DNA from: a bacterium | Lineage (GTDB): Bacteria; Patescibacteriota; Patescibacteriia; UBA1558; GWA2-36-10 | Direction: 5' to 3' | Length of the DNA: 64,000 nt | Assembly (NCBI GenBank): GCA_018653315.1 | Contig: JABIAL010000021.1 | Span: forward strand, 3,029-67,028 | Part shown: positions 58,190 through 64,000 of the stretch, in pieces | Layout of the letters: every line of letters starts with the position of its first letter | Numbering within the stretch: the stretch's first letter is position 1 | Notes under the pieces: model-generated | Database searches by the model: none | The model's input: only the letters and a program-made list of their open reading frames with translations | Told to the model about the DNA's origin: nothing | Translations under genes and position numbers: made by a program

Positions 58190-58645
58190 TTAAAATACAG
58201 GAAGTACAATGTCACCGCAACCTGTGGATGGAGCACAAAGAATAAATTCACCAGGAGAGCTGTCTATGAGGTGAATTGACAGTACGTAATCTTGATTGGC
58301 GCTAGTTCCTACATTATTCCATTCCCAGCCATCGGCTGGTGGAGGCCAATTTTGCTCGCCACTGCAAATGGATTTATCAATTGCTGGTATTTTTGCTGGA
58401 CCACCGTCATACAAATCACAATCTGGGCAAAGCGCTTTGTCATCATATGCACATAAGATCAGAATAGGCTTAATGACGCTTACGATTTGTTTCATGGCTC
58501 CTCGTCTAGCTTTAGCTCTAGCTGAATTAACACCAATCACACCGACACTAGTAATAATACCAATGATAGCTATAACCACTAATAACTCAACCAGAGTGAA
58601 TCCTAATAAGTTTTTCTTTTTATTTTTATATTTCATATTAAGCAC
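58190..58645 (-). CDS. type IV pilin / pseudopilin with Cys-rich C-terminal domain
   Basis: 151 aa. Class III prepilin leader with cleavage motif LLGFTLVELLVVIAIIGI. Confidence 0.7.
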   Translation of the reverse strand: MLNMKYKNKKKNLLGFTLVELLVVIAIIGIITSVGVIGVNSARAKARRGAMKQIVSVIKPILILCAYDDKALCPDCDLYDGGPAKIPAIDKSICSGEQNWPPPADGWEWNNVGTSANQDYVLSIHLIDSSPGEFILCAPSTGCGDIVLPVF

Positions 58646-59153
58646 ATGTTCCAGTTACCTTACAGTTATTATTGCAGCAATCAAAATCTATTGAGCAAGC
58701 CTTGGTTGATCCAGCGCAAGCACAAGTTACATCTATTCCTTCTCCGCAATTAGATTCAGTGCAATATATATATTCGTCTGCGTCTGATTTTTTAATTTCA
58801 TAACAAAATTGACCAGTTTGATAAGTTGATTTTGATTTTTGATAAATATAATCATCAAAACTCGCCCAACGCCAACTGTTTAAAAAGTTCCAACACAAAT
58901 ATTCAGGAGGACCTGGTGTATTCGTGCCATTGCATTGTGTTCCAGCGCATTGTAATTCTGAATTACTATCTAAACAAAGCATGGCCATGGTCTGCATGTC
59001 TTTCATTTGAGTTACCACCTTGGTCTTTTCTGCTTTATCGATAGCTGAACGGACATTTATAACACTAACACTGGTCAGAATGCCAATAATGGCAATAACA
59101 ACTAGTAATTCTACTAGAGTGAAACCTAATAAGTTTGTATTTTTATTTTTCAT
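58638..59153 (-). CDS. type IV pilin with Cys-rich C-terminal domain
   Basis: 171 aa. Prepilin motif LLGFTLVELLVVIAIIGIL, and at least 15 Cys in the globular head. Confidence 0.7.
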   Translation of the reverse strand: MKNKNTNLLGFTLVELLVVIAIIGILTSVSVINVRSAIDKAEKTKVVTQMKDMQTMAMLCLDSNSELQCAGTQCNGTNTPGPPEYLCWNFLNSWRWASFDDYIYQKSKSTYQTGQFCYEIKKSDADEYIYCTESNCGEGIDVTCACAGSTKACSIDFDCCNNNCKVTGTCA

Positions 59154-59667
59154 TTAATAAGATCAATTGTGCTTTTAAGTTGTCTAGGTTTACTATAGCA
59201 AAAGTAGGCATAAAATAAATATTAGCTATGTTTCCTGGGCATAATATTTTTGTATTTCTCCATTTTTCTTCCCATGGTTTATGAGTATGACCGTATAGCG
59301 CTAAATCATATTGTTTTTTTGATTTAGGTAAAGCCTTATTTACTACTTGCGGATAATGAGCAAAAAAAATTTGCTTATTTTCAATCTCAGCTGTGCCAAC
59401 ATTAGGGAACAGGGTAATATTTTTAATTTGTTTTCTGATATTTTCTTCACCTAAAATATCATGATCAACATTACCCATTACAGCCCAACTAGGAATATTT
59501 AGATTATCTATAATTTGCCAAGCCTCTATACTTTGAACATCACCAGTACAAATAAGATAATCAATCTTTTCTTCTTTGATAATACTTAAGGCTTTTTCCA
59601 GATTGGGAATGTTATCATGGATATCAGAAATAACAGCTAGTTTTGACATAGCTATATTATAACACAT
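59143..59667 (-). CDS. metallophosphoesterase (YfcE/MJ0936-like)
   Basis: 174 aa. The DIHDN, GDV and GHTHKP motif set. Confidence 0.75.
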   Translation of the reverse strand: MCYNIAMSKLAVISDIHDNIPNLEKALSIIKEEKIDYLICTGDVQSIEAWQIIDNLNIPSWAVMGNVDHDILGEENIRKQIKNITLFPNVGTAEIENKQIFFAHYPQVVNKALPKSKKQYDLALYGHTHKPWEEKWRNTKILCPGNIANIYFMPTFAIVNLDNLKAQLILLNEK

Positions 59668-59715
59668 TATCTAAGTAAAAACCCTATTAAGATAGACTCA
59701 ATAGGGTTTTAGTAG

Positions 59716-60141
59716 TCATGATACAGTGACATGTTGGATCTCCGGTCCATGTACTAGCATCGCAGTGATGCATCGTTCAGCATCGCCTTGATGAGGACCA
59801 AGTAATGGAAAAAAAGCTCGGCAAAAACGTGTCTGATTGTTTGACCACCAATTTCTAATAAAACTAGGTAGATTGTCTTTTACACCCATTCGGTCACGAC
59901 AATCGCATGAGTCTAGAAAAATTAGCACTTCTAATAGCAGTAGATTGGCGATCTCATTAGTAGTAAGACATACGGGTATTCCTTGTAAATCACTGGCTGA
60001 TTTAAAGTATACCGCCATATGTAAATCACTTACTAATGATTCATGGTGAATTAGCTTCCATCTAAAGTGGCATCTATATTGCTCTAATAGTTCCTGTGAA
60101 AGTGGATTTGTTAGGTCAAGGGTATGTTCTCCTATTTGCAT
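59716..60141 (-). CDS. hypothetical protein (GC-richer than surroundings)
   Basis: 141 aa with no recognisable motif. Several Cys/His residues. Composition is noticeably less AT-rich than neighbours. Confidence 0.3.
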   Translation of the reverse strand: MQIGEHTLDLTNPLSQELLEQYRCHFRWKLIHHESLVSDLHMAVYFKSASDLQGIPVCLTTNEIANLLLLEVLIFLDSCDCRDRMGVKDNLPSFIRNWWSNNQTRFCRAFFPLLGPHQGDAERCITAMLVHGPEIQHVTVS

Positions 60142-60243
60142 GACTCCTCCTAGTGTTAGTTTTTTTGAAAAAGAGCGGGCTTAAGGGCAAGAATAAGCTT
60201 ATCACTAAAATAATGAATCGTAAAGACTTTGTTTGAGCTAATA

Positions 60244-61473
60244 TTAGAGGTATTTTTTTGCTTTAAATTTATCTGGCCAGTGTTGTTGAGCGGATATTTC
60301 TTCTTTGGTGGCATTAGGAGCATATTTATAGCCCTTGCCATAATTAAGGTTTTTCATTAGCTTGGTCGGAGCATTACGCAAAACCAATGGCACGCCCATA
60401 TGACTAGTTTCAGAGGCATCTTTGGCTGCTTGAGTATAGGCAGTATATAGTTTGTTAGATTTTTTTGTTTTAGCTAGATACACTACTGCTTCAGCTAGAG
60501 CTAATTTACACTCTGGTAAGCCAACAAAATGAACAGATTCTTTAGCAGCAATAGTTATCAATAAAGCATGGCTATCAGCAATGCCAACATCCTCTGAAGC
60601 AAAGCGAATTAAACGACGAGCAATATATAGAGGGTCTTCTCCACCTTCTAGCATACGAGCCAGCCAATATAAGGCGGCGTCAGGGTCTGAGTCTCGTAAG
60701 CATTTATGTAAAGCCGAAATAATATTGTAATGCTCATCAGCATTTTTGTCATAGTACAAAACGGAGCTCTGAATAGCTTCTTTAATATCACTTTCATTTA
60801 AAGTAACTTCTTTTTTACCATGACTGGCAATCTCTAGGGCAGTTAATAGACTACGGGCGTCTCCCATAGAAAAATCTAGTAGAATATTTGTTGCTTTTTT
60901 ATTTAATTTTAATTTTAATTCACCCAAGCCAATTTTTTTGTCAGCCAAAGCCTTTTTTAAAATTTGTTTTAAATCTTTTTCTTCTAAATGTTTTAATGTT
61001 AACACTCGACAGCGAGATAATAGAGCAGAGTTAACAGAAAAAGATGGATTTTCAGTAGTGGCACCAATCAAGGTTAAAATTCCCTGCTCAACATGAGGCA
61101 ATAAGACATCTTGTTGAGCTTTATTAAAGCGATGAATTTCATCTAAAAATAAGATAGTTTTAGTTTGGAAAAAGTTTAGATCTTCCTCGGCTTGTTTAGC
61201 TAATTTTTTGATATCTGCTACCCCAATCAACGTAGCGCTAGAAGCAATAAAGTTTGCTTTGGTATTTTCGGCTATTATTTTAGCTAATGTTGTTTTACCG
61301 ACACCTGGTGGCCCCCAAAAAATTATAGAACTCAAAGAATTATTTTCAAGCATTTGAGTTAAGATTTTCCCAGTTCCCAAAATATGCTCTTGACCAAAAT
61401 AGTGTTTAAGCTCTTTCGGGCGTATTTTATCGGCTAACGGTTTATGATCTATCATAAGTTTACCCAGCACCAC
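60244..61473 (-). CDS. rarA: replication-associated recombination protein A (AAA+ ATPase RarA/MgsA)
   Basis: 409 aa. Walker A GPPGVGKTTLA and MgsA-like C-terminal domains. Confidence 0.9.
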   Translation of the reverse strand: MVLGKLMIDHKPLADKIRPKELKHYFGQEHILGTGKILTQMLENNSLSSIIFWGPPGVGKTTLAKIIAENTKANFIASSATLIGVADIKKLAKQAEEDLNFFQTKTILFLDEIHRFNKAQQDVLLPHVEQGILTLIGATTENPSFSVNSALLSRCRVLTLKHLEEKDLKQILKKALADKKIGLGELKLKLNKKATNILLDFSMGDARSLLTALEIASHGKKEVTLNESDIKEAIQSSVLYYDKNADEHYNIISALHKCLRDSDPDAALYWLARMLEGGEDPLYIARRLIRFASEDVGIADSHALLITIAAKESVHFVGLPECKLALAEAVVYLAKTKKSNKLYTAYTQAAKDASETSHMGVPLVLRNAPTKLMKNLNYGKGYKYAPNATKEEISAQQHWPDKFKAKKYL

Positions 61474-61596
61474 TTTATTAATGATGACTGATTAATATTT
61501 AAAAAATTAATAAGAAATAATTTTAATAATTGGCTTAGCACCGATTTTCTTAAAAGTGGTGCTGGGTTTATCTTAGCAAGTTTTAGTTATAATAAA

Positions 61597-61622
61597 AAGT
61601 CCCCCTGTTAAGGGGGATTTAG
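61597..61622 (-). terminator. rho-independent terminator downstream of tig
   Basis: On the minus strand: TCCCCC-ttaaca-GGGGGA followed by CTTTTTATT. Confidence 0.5.
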
Positions 61623-61646
61623 GGGGTTGGAGTATATCTTTGAGTT

Positions 61647-62948
61647 TTATTTCCTGCCTGCCGGTAGGCTAGGTACTATTTTTTTGCTAATAAATTCAAT
61701 GATTTTACGGTTGGTCAAAGCATTGGCTAAGTATTGACGATAGTGTGGAGTTTTCAGATCTTTTAAAGCTTGTTCATTGCCTTGGTAGCCAACTTCTTGT
61801 TTTTTTAGCTCATCATCTACTTCTTTAGCTTCTACTTTGATTTTTTCGGTTTCTGCTAATTTACGTAGAACCAAAGCAGCGTTAACTCGTTCCATGGCTT
61901 GAGGTCGGAAATCTTTTTCTAAATCTTCTTGAGTTTTTTTAATAGATTTCAAATAGCCAGCCATTTCCATTCCTTGTTGTTGGATATTGTGTTGCAATTC
62001 ATGAGTCATTTTATGTACCTCTGATTTTATCAATGTCTCTGGTAACGCTTCAATTTTTGCAGCAGACACTACAGTTTCAATTGCTTCTTTTTCTATGCGT
62101 TGTTGTTCTTTTTGTTTTTTTTCTTTGACAATATTTTCTTCAAGTTGTTTTAGTAATGCTTCTTTAGTTTCAAAACCAATACCCTTAGCAAAGTCATCAT
62201 TGACTTCTGGCATGTTTCTTTCGTAAATGCCCAAAACTTTTACTTTGAAGTTAGTTAGTTTGCCAGCTAAATTTTCTTGGAAATATTTATCTGGAAATTT
62301 AAGATCAAAGTTTAATTCATCACCAGCTTTAGTGCCAACAATTTTTTCTTCAAAACCAGGAATCATTTGTCCTTGTCCTAAAATAATTGGATGCTTGCTA
62401 CTTTTACCGCCTTCAATAACAACTTTGTTTATAGAAGCCTCAAAGTCAACTTCTACTTTGTCACCTTGATTGGCTACGCGCTCAACTAATTTTTCTTCTA
62501 CACGCATGTTTGTTAATTGCTCTAAAGTTTTTTTGATATCATCCTCTTCAGCCTTAACTTCTTTTTTCTTCAATTCTTTATTTTGCCATTCACCAAGAGT
62601 AACCTCTGGTAACAAAGAAACTATCGCAGTATAAACAACGGGATTACCAGGAGCTAATTTTTCTACTTTTATTTCTGGCTGGCCAATTGTTTCTATTTTT
62701 TCTTTAGTCACAGCATTATAGAAAGATTCATTTATAATTCCTTCTAAAGCTTCTTGCCAGATATTCATTTCACCGACTTTAGCCTTCACTAAATCATAAG
62801 GAGCCTTTCCAGGACGAAAGCCAGGAATTTTAGTTTGTTGAGCTAATTTAGTAGCTGCTCGATCTAAGTGAGGCTTGATTTCTTCTAAACTAACCTCAAT
62901 TTTTAGTTCAATTTGTTTTTTTTCTAGATCTTTTTTATCAATTTTCAT
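61647..62948 (-). CDS. tig: trigger factor (ribosome-associated PPIase chaperone)
   Basis: Ribosome-binding N-domain, FKBP-like middle and C-terminal arm. Start placed at MKIDKKDLEKKQIELKIEV, but the track ORF extends to 63104, so the start is uncertain. The last 6-7 codons (LPAGRK-stop) are encoded by a copy of the palindromic repeat. Confidence 0.8.
   Translation of the reverse strand: MKIDKKDLEKKQIELKIEVSLEEIKPHLDRAATKLAQQTKIPGFRPGKAPYDLVKAKVGEMNIWQEALEGIINESFYNAVTKEKIETIGQPEIKVEKLAPGNPVVYTAIVSLLPEVTLGEWQNKELKKKEVKAEEDDIKKTLEQLTNMRVEEKLVERVANQGDKVEVDFEASINKVVIEGGKSSKHPIILGQGQMIPGFEEKIVGTKAGDELNFDLKFPDKYFQENLAGKLTNFKVKVLGIYERNMPEVNDDFAKGIGFETKEALLKQLEENIVKEKKQKEQQRIEKEAIETVVSAAKIEALPETLIKSEVHKMTHELQHNIQQQGMEMAGYLKSIKKTQEDLEKDFRPQAMERVNAALVLRKLAETEKIKVEAKEVDDELKKQEVGYQGNEQALKDLKTPHYRQYLANALTNRKIIEFISKKIVPSLPAGRK
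61653..61673. repeat. copy D of the palindromic repeat family (CCTGCCTGCCGGtAGGCtAGG) overlapping the tig stop codon
   Basis: Left arm and core are perfect, right arm degenerate. Encodes the terminal LPAGRK of tig. Confidence 0.55.
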
Positions 62949-63063
62949 TAGGTTTTTATCAATTTTAAGTAGGCTGAGTATAGCCAAAATCGTCTTTTTT
63001 GTCAATAAAAAAGACCTACCACGTGGTTGTGATAGGTTCTTTGCTAATGTAAGGTGCATAGGC

Positions 63064-63990
63064 TCAGTCAGGCCATTCTTCTTCTTTATTACCGAAACGA
63101 TCATCGAACAACTTGCCAGCTAAGAGCATTAGATAAGCCAGGAGTTTTCCGCAAGCGATGTAGATGATCAGAAGCAAGTTGAAGTGGAAGTAGCTAAAGT
63201 TTGTTTCCGGTAGCAACATATCTACATAAATAGTGACGTAAACAAGAGCAAGGAGCAATCCATGAACAATGAACATTAGTCCACCCGTATCACCTGAGGA
63301 TTCTAGTGGAGAAAAGAATGCGAATATAAATGATCCCATGATTCCGATGACAGTGAACATCAAGAACCATCCACTGCCTTGATAGGTAACCATCAGATTG
63401 ATGAATATCAAAGCACATAGGTAATAGATAATACTGACCCAACCAAGGGGATGGAAATGTTTTTCTTTGGCTTTGTTGCGAATTATCCAGAATAAGGAAA
63501 AACCCAGTAAAGCTAGCAAGCCAAATAGATAGATTGAGTCGACCTCTTTGTTTGCCGGTAAGTTGTAAGCTGAATATGCGAACGATTCGTTTTTTGGATT
63601 AAAGGTCAGTAAACAAATTATATATTCGCCACTAAGCACTGGTGCCCTCCAAGGAGGTAGTAGTTTGGCGGAGTGCCACTCATATGATTCCAGCTTGTTG
63701 GTGTCAGGCTCCTCACCAATCATTCGACGTAATTGCCAAAGTCTTCGTAGGTCTTGGTGAGTGTTCTCAGGGATGGCATAGGCGGCCTTGAGTTCAACTG
63801 GACGAGTAAGATTGATCTGAATGGTTTCCTGACGATAGAACATCAGAGAGTCGCCAATGATTTGTGAACTCTCTTTAATATTTGATGTGTATGTGCTGTC
63901 TGGTTCTGGCATCGGATCAGCCGATGCACCGACATTAATTAGTAACATTGCCAGGTAAATAAGGTAAAAAAATGACGACTTCATAATCAT
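63064..63990 (-). CDS. signal-peptide-bearing polytopic membrane protein, hypothetical
   Basis: 308 aa. N-terminal signal peptide, ~150-aa extracytoplasmic domain, then 4-5 TM helices. Somewhat GC-richer than the genome background. Confidence 0.35.
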   Translation of the reverse strand: MIMKSSFFYLIYLAMLLINVGASADPMPEPDSTYTSNIKESSQIIGDSLMFYRQETIQINLTRPVELKAAYAIPENTHQDLRRLWQLRRMIGEEPDTNKLESYEWHSAKLLPPWRAPVLSGEYIICLLTFNPKNESFAYSAYNLPANKEVDSIYLFGLLALLGFSLFWIIRNKAKEKHFHPLGWVSIIYYLCALIFINLMVTYQGSGWFLMFTVIGIMGSFIFAFFSPLESSGDTGGLMFIVHGLLLALVYVTIYVDMLLPETNFSYFHFNLLLIIYIACGKLLAYLMLLAGKLFDDRFGNKEEEWPD

Positions 63991-64000
63991 CCTCCTTGTC

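Noticed and set aside
57337-58251. Long form of the IMPase ORF with a hydrophobic 39-aa N-terminal extension
   Set aside because: The extension would overlap the 3' end of the upstream pilin gene by ~60 nt and adds a non-homologous hydrophobic leader. The internal Met at 58134 gives a standard IMPase N-terminus.
61647-63104. Full-length 485-aa reading of trigger factor including 52 extra N-terminal residues
   Set aside because: The extension (MIVSVIKKKNGLTEPMHLTLAKNLSQPRGRSFLLTKKTILAILSLLKIDKNL) does not match the trigger-factor ribosome-binding N-domain. MKIDKKDLEKKQIELKIEV is a typical TF start, so the start at 62948 is preferred, though not certain.

Overview
The window reads as a low-GC (roughly one-third G+C by eye), gene-dense bacterial chromosome segment. 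Gene content suggests a small-genome, possibly Patescibacteria/CPR-like organism: short-form YidC, FemAB-family transferase, Cys-rich type IV pilins, VirB2/TrbC-like small pilin-type proteins, and glycogen genes without glgC. This lineage call is inference, not established.

Main content:
- Replication-origin neighbourhood: rnpA-rpmH on the minus strand facing dnaA-dnaN-ruvA on the plus strand.
- Core machinery: rpoB-rpoC, ftsK, recA, ruvC, polA, holA, tyrS, PBP1A, truB, rpsT, tig, rarA, yidC/yidD.
- RNA genes: six tRNAs, namely Arg-CCT, Ser-CGA, Cys-GCA, Leu-TAA and Gly-GCC, plus two decayed tRNA fragments.

Accessory or unusual content:
1. A tandem array of five VirB2/TrbC-like two-TM pilin-type paralogs, one fused to a large Cys-rich domain.
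2. A ~20-bp palindromic repeat family (CCTGCCTGCCGGCAGGCAGG) present four times, twice inside or at the ends of CDSs.
3. A tRNA-Ser-adjacent block (cfa, membrane protein, AAA_28 ATPase) that looks slightly GC-richer and is preceded by a truncated tRNA-Ser duplicate.
4. A contiguous alpha-glucan (glycogen) cluster with two glgA paralogs, GH57, two small kinases and a GalT-like HIT transferase.
5. A surface-glycan cluster: Wzx-like flippase plus two convergent O-antigen-ligase-like paralogs.
6. Several isolated GC-richer hypothetical genes.

No CRISPR array, rRNA or obvious transposase was seen. Product calls rest on motif recognition by eye; no searches were run.
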